Shown: positions 9,668 through 20,740 of the stretch, piece by piece | How positions within the stretch are numbered: position 1 is the stretch's first letter | Layout: each line of letters starts with the position of its first letter | Source of the DNA: a virus | Strand: one strand, 5' to 3' | IMG/VR virus record: IMGVR_UViG_3300025703_000001 | Coordinates: 22,324-86,323 of that record | Length of the DNA stretch: 64,000 nt | Translations under genes and position numbers: made by a program | The notes under the pieces: generated by a model | What the model saw: the letters and a program-made list of their open reading frames with translations, nothing else | Databases searched by the model: none | What the model was told of the DNA's origin: nothing

Positions 9668-10972
9668 CTAAGAGGCGTAGAACGCCTTGATGGCGGCGAT
9701 GGAGTTCGGACCCGTGGTGGAGTTAAACGAACCACCCTGCTGAGTAGTTGCCTGGAAATTCGTAATCCACTGGTAGCCATTTGCTTCAGCATGGTTCAAC
9801 AGGTCCGTCCAGTACGTCGGGTCGTCCGATCCATTATTACCGCACTCACAGAAGCCAGCAAACGCAACACCCTTCTGGCTAGCCAACTGCTCAAACGGAG
9901 CAGCCTGGGCAATCACGCCAGCAGCGCCCGATCCGGTGTCGCCGGGGTTGTCGTAGCCATCCGGAGCAATGACGACATCGCCATTAACGCCAGCGCCGGG
10001 GAACGTGTCTGTCTGGGTGCGCCCGGTCTTCTGGTTACCAACCTGATTCACGTTCGGGCAGTAGGCGAACAGGAACTTGGCGCCATTCACGGCACGCATC
10101 CACGCGCACTGATTGTTGAACTGCGTGATGAACTGAGCCGCAGTGAACGCGTTCTCGTTCCACGAATTCTCCCAACCGTTGACGCCCTGGTTGCCCTCCC
10201 ACATCCACGGGATAATGGCGTTGGCCTGCCCGTTTGCGACAAGCAGAGTGCCGAGAGCAGTGCATTGCGCTTGCGTCAGAACGCCCATCTTCAGCATCAG
10301 GCGCTTGCCCTTGAGGTATGCCGTGCGGGCAGACGAAAAACTGTAGGTGGTGGCGTTATTGTCGCCGTAGTCGAGAACGATGCTCGGCGTCTGGACATAG
10401 TTGCCAGCGTGGTACTCGCCCCACGGCGGCTTGCCTGTCGGTGGCGGAGGCGGCGGCGTCACGGCACTGACGGTGATCACCACGGTCTCGCTAGCCTTCT
10501 GCGCTGGCGATCCTGAGTCAGTCACCGAAACCGTCACCGTTGACGTACCTGCGGCGGTCGGCGTCCCGCTGATCTTTGTGCCGCTAAACGACAATCCAGC
10601 AGGGAGTCCCGTCACCGTGAATGCGTACGGAGCGGTCCCACCGGATGCGGTCGGAATGATGGCGGCGATAGGCGTGCCAACGGGACCAGACTGAGCGGCG
10701 ATTGGGGCAAGCACCAGTTGAGTCGGCGGCGGGGGCGTCAGGTCTGCGGCAAGTGCGGTAGCGCCCTGCTGCGCCGTAGCCGCCTGGAATGCGATAAATG
10801 CCACGTGCGTCTCGGCCGATTGGAGCGCGGTAATGGCAGACGCCACGTCGGGTGGCGATTCCTGAAGGTCTGCCATCGCTTGACCCTCAAACGTTACGGC
10901 GGGGCCAGAGTGCTCGTAGATGTTCTCTACGGCGGTGGCGACTGTGGCTAGGTCAGTTTGGGTCTGAGTCAT
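9668..10972 (-). CDS. Ig-like (He_PIG) domain + Pro linker + GH26-like glycoside hydrolase
   Basis: ASGGTAPY...GLPAGLS...ISGTPT (Ig); WMWEGNQ, PDGYD, FCECG (clan GH-A-like glutamates); start MTQTQ. Confidence 0.7.
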   Translation of the reverse strand: MTQTQTDLATVATAVENIYEHSGPAVTFEGQAMADLQESPPDVASAITALQSAETHVAFIAFQAATAQQGATALAADLTPPPPTQLVLAPIAAQSGPVGTPIAAIIPTASGGTAPYAFTVTGLPAGLSFSGTKISGTPTAAGTSTVTVSVTDSGSPAQKASETVVITVSAVTPPPPPPTGKPPWGEYHAGNYVQTPSIVLDYGDNNATTYSFSSARTAYLKGKRLMLKMGVLTQAQCTALGTLLVANGQANAIIPWMWEGNQGVNGWENSWNENAFTAAQFITQFNNQCAWMRAVNGAKFLFAYCPNVNQVGNQKTGRTQTDTFPGAGVNGDVVIAPDGYDNPGDTGSGAAGVIAQAAPFEQLASQKGVAFAGFCECGNNGSDDPTYWTDLLNHAEANGYQWITNFQATTQQGGSFNSTTGPNSIAAIKAFYAS

Positions 10973-11170
10973 AACGCTCTTTCTGTTGGGGGGATCTCGA
11001 AAGTAGTTCAGCATCGCGCATTCTATCCGCTCGGTTCGGGCATTCTACACGCTCGTTCGTTCTCGTAACCTTTAATAGTGACGGTCCTTAGTAAAGGATA
11101 GGGTCGTTTCCTTTACTATAGCGTGACCGAATACTGTGGATTCTCTTCAAAATGTATACTTTTGCAAGCA

Positions 11171-12235
11171 CTACAGGTAGACGCCCGCTCGGGCGTCGCT
11201 GATCCCACTACCAATCTGCGAATGGCGCTGTGCCTCAAAGAGTTCCGCCAGTGTAGCCTCACCGCGAACGTTACCCTCGCTCCACTGGCTGGCCTCAGAT
11301 GCGGACATGCGCGGCACTTCGATATTCGCGATACAGCGGCCGGGACGCATGATGGCCTCGTGCAGCTTGACAACCGGCGCATTTGTCGTCATCAGGACGA
11401 GAACATTCAGCCCCTGTCCGATCATGCCATCACCAAGATTGAGCAGACGAGAGATGGCCTGTCCAACGTTTTTCTTAGCGTCAGGGGTCAGGAATTCCTC
11501 GGCGTCCTCCACAATGACCAGTCGCCAGCGGTCACCGATCGCCTCGTCCAACAACACCTGCATCAGATAGCCACCACGCATGAACATATCGTCCGCGTCC
11601 ACCACGTAGACCAGATCACACCACGACTTCCACGCATCGGCCAGCGCACGAATAGCGGTTGTCTTTCCAGTGCCAGCGGGACCGTGCAGCAACATGATGC
11701 GCCCAGTCTCAATATTCGCTGGCCTCAGTTCCATCAGGTCAGACAGGGCCTCGCGTGCTTTTGAAGCGTAGTTGCCCTTAATCTCGTCCCACTTCGGCAC
11801 CACCAGTCTGCGGGTCCGAGAATTGGCAGACATGCCACCCCAATACCAGAAATCCATATTGACCGTTCCGTCAGGTGGCTTCTCCAAAAGCGGCAGCGAC
11901 TCCGTAATCTGGTCCAATAGCGCATGGCATTGTTCCCAGCCGTTAGGTCCATCCACCAGCACATTGAGGGACATGCTGTTCCGCAGGGACGTCGCTCGCA
12001 CCCAAGCGTCGTTACCGACCTTCCAGAGTACGTTCTGCTCGTCGTCATTGGCGTCATTCCAGGTACCGACAAGTTCGCCACCCGAGACCTTCATTTCGAC
12101 AGCGGTCGTCGCGGTAGGGTAGCCGCCCCTAACCACCTCATGCGGCGCAGCCATATCGGCCTTGATCTTGTGATAACGACCGAGGACGTGGATGGCACCG
12201 CTGTCCATCGTATATTGCACCGACAAATCGGTCAT
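11171..12235 (-). CDS. AAA ATPase (actinobacterial DUF5925-like)
   Basis: HGPAGTGKT Walker A, IVEDAE Walker B, TTN sensor, RPGR; AGGAG RBS. Confidence 0.9.
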   Translation of the reverse strand: MTDLSVQYTMDSGAIHVLGRYHKIKADMAAPHEVVRGGYPTATTAVEMKVSGGELVGTWNDANDDEQNVLWKVGNDAWVRATSLRNSMSLNVLVDGPNGWEQCHALLDQITESLPLLEKPPDGTVNMDFWYWGGMSANSRTRRLVVPKWDEIKGNYASKAREALSDLMELRPANIETGRIMLLHGPAGTGKTTAIRALADAWKSWCDLVYVVDADDMFMRGGYLMQVLLDEAIGDRWRLVIVEDAEEFLTPDAKKNVGQAISRLLNLGDGMIGQGLNVLVLMTTNAPVVKLHEAIMRPGRCIANIEVPRMSASEASQWSEGNVRGEATLAELFEAQRHSQIGSGISDARAGVYL

Positions 12236-12299
12236 TGTTCTCCTGTCGTAATAGCGTGATTTTCAGACTTGGCGCGGCAGGAGCGCCGCTGCCACGTCT

Positions 12300-12539
12300 T
12301 CACTGACGCCCATCAATGAGCAGTACCGCGGCGTTGCGCTCGCTGTACGCCTTCAGCTTCTCAGCCTTCTCGTACTTCGCCGCTTCGATCCATTCGTCCC
12401 GTTCCCCCTTTAGCTCTGCTATGCGGTCCAGAGCATCGTCCAGTTCGTCGCTCACCTTGAGCCATGCGGCGTAGTTGGCGTCCCGCTCTTTCTCCGTGCG
12501 TTCAACACGGTTGCGCCAATAAAGCGTGGTGTCAGGCAT
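12300..12539 (-). CDS. Coiled-coil hypothetical protein carrying repeat copy 2
   Basis: MPDTTLYWRNRVER; GAGGAG RBS. Confidence 0.65.
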   Translation of the reverse strand: MPDTTLYWRNRVERTEKERDANYAAWLKVSDELDDALDRIAELKGERDEWIEAAKYEKAEKLKAYSERNAAVLLIDGRQ

Positions 12540-14542
12540 CGTACTCCTCTAGCGCCGCAGCGGCGACGGCCCTGTAGTAAGGCACGGCGTCCTCGGGTGT
12601 CGCCACCATCTCGTTCTTGATCCGTTGCAGCGCATGGCGCAGGGCGGCGATCTGTCCTTCCAGCACCCCCACACGTTTCATTGCCGCATTGCGGTACTTG
12701 GCATGACGATCTGCCAACTCGTCCAACTTGTGGCCCCGTTCCTCGTACTCGGCTTCCAGCGCCTGAACCCCGCACTCAATCGGGTCGCTGTCGCAATGCC
12801 GGTGCGCTCCGTTTTGCGGAGGCCCTGGAAACAGCTCGTCACCCCGGAGACAGGGATGGGTGAAAACTCTCTCAGAGAAGGCGTCGACGCAAACGTCAAC
12901 CAAACAGGTCCATGACGTGCAAGGCTCTTTAGTGAGCGGGCACGTAGGCCGATGCCGGGGTGGCACCAGCCAGGGGCTATGGCGGGCTTTATCCCTCTCC
13001 TTGAGTGCTTGTATTAGCCGCTGGTAATCAGTCACCTCAAACGCCATGGGTCTCCTTCCCGTATTTCTGCCAGACCGGGTGACCCTGTTCGTCATAGCCT
13101 CTGACTCGATATGATCCGATGTCTGGCAGCGGGTATTTTTCGGCACATGCCACCTCTAACGCGGCAACAACTATTGGCGGCAGTGGCTCCCTGTGATTGG
13201 CTCCATAGGGCATCGGATTCTCCTCTGCAAACTCACTGGCCATGCCATGATTCATTCCAGCCTTGCGCGCCCAGCGATATGCCCGATCTTCTTCAAACGT
13301 AGACGCTGGTGGTGAGGGCAACCCATCCCGCCCCGATCGTTTACTCATCATCGCCTTGCATCCTTGTGTTGCCTGCAAACGGGGACACGCCACACCCCAT
13401 CCCACTCCAACCACGTCGCGGGATTACCACAGTATGCACACTGGGTATGTGGCGGAGGACGGTCGGTATCAGACACCCGGCGTGCGTCTCCTCGCCCAAC
13501 GCTCCCGCCAACTACCGATCGGAGCATTCCAAAACCAGTGCGACCAGAGCCGGGTGGGTCGACGCGGGCACCATGGCGCCCTTTTAACGCTCACAGTAAA
13601 GGTCCCTCAGGTATTTGGCACGATATATACACAGGTCGTCGCCAACCATCTGGAGCAACTTCTGAATGGCAGTGCGGGCGGCTTCTGAGTTTGACGCTGC
13701 GACAATAAGTGCGATCTCTTCTTCGTTAGACAGCGACGTGCGGCGGTCGTATGCGGCGATGAACGGGCACTCGGGATCGTCGGCGCACGCCGACGAGCAG
13801 ATGTGTGGCCGTTCTGGCTTCGGTCCCTTCGGACCTACGACTTCAGACATCATAACCACGCAACCGGCCATCTCGATACTCCTGTTCGCCGTGCTTGCGA
13901 CAGAGCGTATATCCGCTGCGAGTCCACATTATGTGGTGCCCGTAGCGACAGCGGTCAAACTGGGCTATCAGTCGTCTAGTCAATCTCCCGCGCTCCTTCC
14001 GTGTGTTCGTCGGGGGTGAGGCCGCACTCGTGCAAGGGTTCGGTGGGGAGGGGCGGGGTCATTCGTGCTCCAATTCTCGCGCCACTTCCCATTCGCAATC
14101 CCACCCCCAGGTCACCGGCGTCCATGATTTCGCCGCACCCGTCGCAGTTCAGATTGATGGTTCTGCGTATTGACATCAGATCGCTTCCTGGGCCAGTGAC
14201 AACTGTGTCTACGATCTTGTTTCTGTGCCCTGACGTAATCGGCTTTACTCATGAGGGAAAGTGTCGACTTTCAACCATTGTGAGATATTAGCCAATTTTC
14301 GTAGCACTCCTGCACGCGAGGACATGGCGGGTGTGTCGCATCCTCGCCCCGCGGGCCGCATTGACATGGTTCCAGCGAAACACCGCACCAACCGCGCCCG
14401 TCGTCTAACCGCTGTCCCCGTCGACTACACGCCCACTCCCCATTCACCCACACCATGAACCGCGCCCCATGCACTTCGCAACGGTCGGCCAATGTACGGG
14501 CACGTATGCCAGTTCCTGGCTCGGCCCAAGAGTCCATCACCA

Positions 14543-14884
14543 TCACGCAGTCCTCCGGTCCACTTCCTTCTGAGTCCACCCGCGGGCCACGGCGGTCCGA
14601 GCGGACTTCAGGGTGTTGTAGTACATGGCGATTTCGGTGTTGGTCGGAATGTGGACCACAATCCAAGGAGTGCCAACATCCTCGACCCGCTCAAAATGCC
14701 AGATTCCGTCAACCGTGTCAGCGGCCCAGCACTCTTTGCGAGTGGCGCCACCAGGGTCGCTCATGTGCCGGAACGTGCCTCGCATAACCTTGTTGGTGAT
14801 TTCGGGAAGCTCGGTCTTGGTCATGGGTATATTTTGCGCCCCAATCAGGTCGTTGTCAATGCCTGTGACCTGCATTTTTGTCAC
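14543..14884 (-). CDS. Hypothetical protein
   Basis: GTGA overlap with ART gene. Confidence 0.55.
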   Translation of the reverse strand: MTKMQVTGIDNDLIGAQNIPMTKTELPEITNKVMRGTFRHMSDPGGATRKECWAADTVDGIWHFERVEDVGTPWIVVHIPTNTEIAMYYNTLKSARTAVARGWTQKEVDRRTA

Positions 14885-15675
14885 TTTTTAGGTGGTAGAA
14901 CGGTGCCGTATACGTCATATACCCCGTTCATGCGTTGTTCCACCCTAGACACGGCCACCCTAGATCCTCGCTCTAGCAACAATTCCCGCTCTATGGGATT
15001 GTTGGAAACGCCCTTCATGGAAACGCCGTTCGTACCTTCTGGCACCAGCAGGTGCATCGTGACCCCACCGATATGGTGTTCGTCACCCACCGTGGTCGAC
15101 ATATAGGCGTTATCCGTGATGACCTTGTGATCCAGGTCTTTCGGGTCGCCAGAAATGGCATCCGTAGGGATATTCCTTGTCACTTCCACATTCTGCCCCA
15201 GCGGTCGCATGGTCTGATCAATGCGCCCGACTTCGGGGTTGCTATCGTCACCAGCGCGCAACGCTACGTTCGTACTGAGAAAGCTGTCGCCAGAATATCG
15301 GTTCAGCGTATTTTGATCTGCCGACGACAACTTAGGAGTGTTCAGATCGTCCATTGACTTGACGGTGCCAGCGCTCTGGGCTTTGTCTATGGCGTTATTG
15401 ACGTACTCCCGGTCTGCGTCCGTAAGCGCCGAGACGTGTTCAGAATCAATGCTAGAGGCACCATGGATGTCAGAGGGTTCACCGTGGGCGTCGTGGGCCG
15501 ACCCACCGCCAGCATCGCGGGGATGAGGCACGTACGGGTGTTCAGCGTCCCAAGTGGCCCAGTCTTTTTCTAGCGGACCCTGTTCGTCCTCTACCACCAT
15601 CTTGGTAACTTCGCCGTTGTCTACAGTGGCACGCAGTCGCCAGGTCCATTCAGTCATGTCGTAATACTCAGACAT
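14881..15675 (-). CDS. VIP2-like (R-S-E) ADP-ribosyltransferase
   Basis: Y....N..LR, VTR, YMSTT, ERELLLERG motifs. Confidence 0.85.
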   Translation of the reverse strand: MSEYYDMTEWTWRLRATVDNGEVTKMVVEDEQGPLEKDWATWDAEHPYVPHPRDAGGGSAHDAHGEPSDIHGASSIDSEHVSALTDADREYVNNAIDKAQSAGTVKSMDDLNTPKLSSADQNTLNRYSGDSFLSTNVALRAGDDSNPEVGRIDQTMRPLGQNVEVTRNIPTDAISGDPKDLDHKVITDNAYMSTTVGDEHHIGGVTMHLLVPEGTNGVSMKGVSNNPIERELLLERGSRVAVSRVEQRMNGVYDVYGTVLPPKK

Positions 15676-16264
15676 TCAGTCACCCTTCGGAGCGTATTCC
15701 TCATCCATCTGGTCGAGCAATTGCCCTAGTTGCGTGTGAAATCCACGGACATGCTGGAAGTTTTCATCCACTTCGTTTGTAACGGGTCCGTACGTGGTAC
15801 GCACCTTGATGTTCTGCGTTCCTTCTACCCGATTAGCCGACAGGGTCATTTTCTATCTCCTTAATTTGGAAGTGGCACGGACACGGACAATGCCATCCAC
15901 CGAGAACCCCCGGCAGGTGCTGTCCTTTGGGACAATGTTCATGATCTGGCTCAGGTGCTGGAAAGACCATCGGCTTGCCATCTAGGTCAAGGACACCAAA
16001 GTCAATCTCCCTAGGATAGCACTGCTGCGTGTACTGATGGGCACTCATGACCGAATACCTATACATTCCTTCACGGATACCGCACAAACGTAACGTTACC
16101 CTGATGTTCAGATCGTAGTCGCCCGACCTCATGGCCGCACGGCATTAGCGTCTTGACCCACTTCGTTTGAGAATAGTCCTCATATCGCCCCAGAAACTCA
16201 AGCCTCGCGTAAATGGCGTTCGGCCATGATGCACACTCTGGGCATGGGTCAAATCGCGCCCTCA

Positions 16265-16582
16265 TTACTCCACCGCCGCCAGACTCGTCTCCACAACCCC
16301 CAGGATCTGTTCCTTGCCCAGCACCAGCACCTCCGTGCCGTCAAACTTCCACGTCTCACCTACCCGCTTGTGGAAGAACACCTGCGCGCCAACGTCCAGT
16401 CCGACCGGCACAAGCTCGCCGGTGAACTCGGAGTGGTGGCCCTCGCCAACCGCTACGACGGTGCCGTAGCGAGGCTCCTGCATGTCCTCAGACCCCTCTG
16501 GGATGTGCAGGCCAGACGCGGTCTTGGTCTCAATGGGGTCGGCGTCAACCGCCACCCGATCACCTTTCAGGCTGAAGGCCAT
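16265..16582 (-). CDS. groES: Co-chaperonin GroES/Cpn10
   Basis: GDRV.V, KTASGLHIP, GTVVAVGEG, ILGVV; AAGGAG RBS. Confidence 0.92.
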   Translation of the reverse strand: MAFSLKGDRVAVDADPIETKTASGLHIPEGSEDMQEPRYGTVVAVGEGHHSEFTGELVPVGLDVGAQVFFHKRVGETWKFDGTEVLVLGKEQILGVVETSLAAVE

Positions 16583-17234
16583 CTAATGCTTTCTCCTTGT
16601 CTTGTGTCAGCGTCATTACGCCGAGGGTTCATCTTCCAGTGTAGCTTACGCCACCACCACGGTTGGCGGTTCCATGCGTTCACGTAGTTTTGACGGGTGG
16701 CCTCAACAAGTCCATCCCGCGTCGACTTGTGAATGGCGTCCTTATATGCCTGAATCTTTTCGGGGGTATCTAGCCCGAGGTATTCCCATGACGGGAGCGG
16801 AGCACTCATGTCGTAATAGTTCTCTTTTCAGACATTGACTTGCCAAGCACCTAACGCCTCCCGCATTTCAGCCAGAGCCAGCGCCCTCCGACGAAACCGC
16901 CAAATAGGAATTGAATCATACCGTTTGCTGGCATCAAGAAACGATTGGACACGCTGGACCTCCGCTGCACACCATGCCTGAAATACAGGATTGTCTATCA
17001 TAGTTAGATAATTGTCGATCTGCGCCACCGACGCCTAGATGGTGGGGGAACTTCTGTTGGCTCATCAAAATAGTCCAACAGATCAGCGGCGTCTACATAA
17101 CCAGCCATTCTCAGGACCCATCGAACGTCATCCCGGTTGAGGTAGGTGATTCCCTTGTGTCCGATGGAACCTATCACATAGTCTTCAAACAGATCAAGTA
17201 TCTTCGGGTTGATCATGTCGGAATAGTCCTACTT

Positions 17235-17876
17235 TCAAACAAGATCAAATACCCCCTGGCTAAGTCGCTTAACTGCGATTTCGCAATACCTCTCTTCAAT
17301 CTCAATGCCAATACCTCGTCTACCTAGTTTTAACGCCGCTTCCATCGTGGGTCCACTCCCCATATAGGGATCAAGAACGAGACCTGGTGGCACAAGGCCC
17401 AATACCCACATCATCAACGATACGGGCTTTTGTGTTGGATGAACGAAGGACTTCCGTTCAGACGCACGATACGCACCGCTCCAGAGATGACGAAATACCT
17501 GCGTTCGATTGACGCAGTTAGTCCATGCAAATTCAGCTTCAGCGATCCGAAGCTTCATACCGTTAGACGTTACCTTATCCCATGCCAGCCATCCGCTATG
17601 ATCGGGCAGCTGAGATGCGAAACAGTTGCCGCCCCATAGAACCGTAGGTTTACCAAGTGCCAGCAGGTGCGCAGGATTAAAGGGTTCCGCATCGCCATGA
17701 ATCGCCTCATGGCTTTCCGTGGTGGACTCAAATTTAGGGGACTGAGGGTCATAGTCAATCCCGTACGGAGGATCTGACACAATAACGTCAAAACTCAATT
17801 CTGAGATTATTGCTTGGCAGTCGCCGTGGTAGAGCGTAATCAAATCATCTTGGTAATACGGTTTAATCATCGCCAC
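17235..17876 (-). CDS. DNA N6-A/N4-C methyltransferase (beta class)
   Basis: DPPY, HPTQKP, DPYMGSG motifs. Confidence 0.93.
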   Translation of the reverse strand: MAMIKPYYQDDLITLYHGDCQAIISELSFDVIVSDPPYGIDYDPQSPKFESTTESHEAIHGDAEPFNPAHLLALGKPTVLWGGNCFASQLPDHSGWLAWDKVTSNGMKLRIAEAEFAWTNCVNRTQVFRHLWSGAYRASERKSFVHPTQKPVSLMMWVLGLVPPGLVLDPYMGSGPTMEAALKLGRRGIGIEIEERYCEIAVKRLSQGVFDLV

Positions 17877-19093
17877 GCTCCGAAGCCTTTGGTTGACCTA
17901 TGGACATCAATCCAACATACCGCCCGCTAGAATCACGAAGTCTACCACCACACAGTCGACATCGAACCCCCATCTGTTCTGTGTTCATTTGGCAACCCAC
18001 ATCCTTACACCACGGCATGCTGATCAGTCCAAACGTCTGATTAGTTGTCTCGCCTTTAGCACTAGTCTGATTTCATTTGCATCAAGCGCTTTGTCCCATG
18101 TCATCCAAGTCTCCCCACCGTCTGTCGGCATCAGCCCAACTTCTGCAAGGGCGATCTCAACTCGTTCTTTTTCATTTATCACGAAACCACCTCAAGCCAA
18201 TAGACAAGTAGATGCCGCAGCAACGCTCAAACCCACAACAATATCGCACCCTTCCGCTTACATAGATAATACTCGGAACTGATGCCACCCCAATGTCTGA
18301 GGTGGTCCCAGGTCTGCCGTAAACAGCGTATCATGACTGATCGGTGGCATCAATAGCCGCCGAAAGCTGATCGCAACAATGGGCGTCTAGATTGTCTTCA
18401 CGGACGAACCGACCACAGAATGGACACCGCAGGCGTTCGCCACACAATGAGCAAACGGACGATCCGTGCCAATAGCATCCGGACATACACCCCTCAGACA
18501 TCACGGGATCGGAAAAATGCCCTCACACTTGGACCTCAGTTCAAGGTCGGGTGCACTGTTAAGCCACATGGCACAACCGGGAACGTGGCACTCTCCTCCG
18601 ACACCGTCAAGACAGAGGTCGCACAGAATAAGGTTCACATGATTAAGCGTGGGATCGGCGCTTGGTGCTCTACTTGGGGAGTTCCGGTGCCTACCCTCTA
18701 GCCACTCGCCCTCTGACGGCATTCCTTCTCCATCAGTCATCGGTCCACTCTCCAGCATTAACCGGCCACGGGTTCCCGCTTGTAGTACCGACAGGGTAAA
18801 CCCATCGACGCCAATCCGTGCGTCGGATGGCACCGCATTCCCAACAGTACAGCCATGAACCCCCCGAGATAACCCAGCTTTTCGCGTGTCGAGATTGACA
18901 TCGCCGACCCTGCCGACACCGTCCTGCGTCAGTCTCGATCATCCACGGCCAGCCATTGACGACCCATTCGGCATTGTCCTCGCTCAATCCAGCCGTCTTC
19001 ATTCGCCCAACGAGCGTGTGACGTTCGTCCTCAGCACTGATTCGGCGCCACGATTCATCGGAGCTGGTCATGTCCGAATGTGTGTGTATTCAG

Positions 19094-19453
19094 TCACGCC
19101 AGCTTGCGCGCCCGTGCGGCCAGCATTGCTGCAGACAGGGCACACGTTTCGCCGGTCGGACGCGTCCATACCCCGATAGCCTGATCCGTCACGGTAGATC
19201 CCTCCCGCATAAGGTCGGACAGCGTTAGCGGCTTGTCCTCAGCTGGCTTGGCATCCAGTTCCTCGCGCAGCTTTGCGATGGCATCCTGATCCAACATGCG
19301 ATCGATTTCATCTAGCAGCTTGTCCGTCTCAGCCTTAACCTCAGCCGTCTCAGTACGCTGCGGTGAAGGATTTTCCTTCAAGTGTGACTGTTCCGTATCC
19401 GAGGATTGTCTTTGCTGCTTTTTCTGAGTCGGGACCAACGCTTGGGTACTCAT
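19094..19453 (-). CDS. Pup-helix-containing fusion protein (no C-terminal GGE/GGQ)
   Basis: Disordered Q/E/S-rich N-terminus then KAETDKLLDEIDRMLD, resembling Pup ETDDLLDEIDDVLE; AAGGAG RBS. Confidence 0.7.
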   Translation of the reverse strand: MSTQALVPTQKKQQRQSSDTEQSHLKENPSPQRTETAEVKAETDKLLDEIDRMLDQDAIAKLREELDAKPAEDKPLTLSDLMREGSTVTDQAIGVWTRPTGETCALSAAMLAARARKLA

Positions 19454-20108
19454 GCTTCTCCTTCTTAGGTTGAATGGTGAAGTCGACTGTTGGATCATCT
19501 AGCGCAATGATATCAAGCCACTCTGCGATCTTTTCACGTGACCACTGATGGGCGTCGTTAACGTGCGGAATGAGTGCCGTCAGATACCCCGGTGCGGCTT
19601 TGCATTCTGGACACGGACGCTGCACTTTGCCCAGTCCTGGACATATGGACAACAGTTCAGAAACGATTGAATTTGAGCCGCCGATATAGTTGACGTAGTT
19701 GTCGTTGCTATAGTCGAGCCACACTGGGGCCGTCCACTGGATTGGCGATGCAAGCACGTACATGGGTTTACCCGGCGCAAGCGTCAAAGTTCCCCATGGC
19801 GTCGGCGTCGGCGTTGGCGTTGAGTACCACGTATTTACCTGGAGGTCTATGTGTTCACCCTTACACCACTTGACCGCACGCCGAAAATACTGATCGGCCA
19901 GCCCCTTAGGATTTGCCATAAATCCCTCTAGGTCAGAGAGATGAATCGGCTCGTCGTGGCGGCGACCGTGGAGACAGGTAAACCGAACCCTGGTGTACTC
20001 GTTCTTGCGCTGAACCGTCTTCACGTCCCAGCCCTTGGCGTACTTTGCGCGTGTGTGTAAATGGTGCCAGAACTGCTGCTCGCGGTTTTTGAGTTCGGGA
20101 GTTTTCAT
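19350..20108 (-). CDS. Hypothetical protein with CPEC...HxND.H.WSRE.IA.WL domain
   Basis: Motif recognised from phage hypothetical families. Confidence 0.6.
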   Translation of the reverse strand: MKTPELKNREQQFWHHLHTRAKYAKGWDVKTVQRKNEYTRVRFTCLHGRRHDEPIHLSDLEGFMANPKGLADQYFRRAVKWCKGEHIDLQVNTWYSTPTPTPTPWGTLTLAPGKPMYVLASPIQWTAPVWLDYSNDNYVNYIGGSNSIVSELLSICPGLGKVQRPCPECKAAPGYLTALIPHVNDAHQWSREKIAEWLDIIALDDPTVDFTIQPKKEKHEYPSVGPDSEKAAKTILGYGTVTLEGKSFTAAY

Positions 20109-20740
20109 GGCGTAAAGTTGGCGTATTCAGTCATAGTCCATAATCCTGTCGACAGTCTACACATAGCTCGTTACCCGAGATGAACATGGACTCTGATTTC
20201 TGTAGATCACACGATGGGCACACCATTTGATTGTCTGACGAGCGTGTGCCCCTATTCGTGGCGGTGTGTTGATAACACTTCTCTCCCAGTGCAGCAACTG
20301 GCCTGGGGCATGTGGCGTCCCACTTTGCCCAAGCAAATCCGTGGTGATAATTGAGAGGTTCACCACAGGTCGGAGTGTCCGAAATCATGGATATTCCTTC
20401 GCGAACAACGTGGCAGCACCTACTCGGATGCCAATGCAGGTGCACCTACGCATCCCATGGCAAATCCCAGTGTCCGTTGGGGGCCGACCAGTTGCGCCAC
20501 CAGCGTTCCTTGCGAGGTTGTCGCATTATGTACGTGGTGCCACAGCGCGGACACGTCCAGTGATCACCTGTCTGAAACTCAATGGCGGGGGGGAACTGAC
20601 AAACCATCGGACCACAGTTGATCGGATGGCACATACAATCGCACCATCCACCAGACTGGTCGGCACCCTTGTAGCAATTTCCACAGGCGCCCATTTCACA
20701 GGCTTCAGTCAACATGTCCGAATACCGCTACTTTCATCCA

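Noticed and set aside
9617-10516. Long antisense ORFs (also 55536-56282 and 56956-58002)
   Set aside because: Shadow frames of GC-rich, codon-biased genes on the other strand
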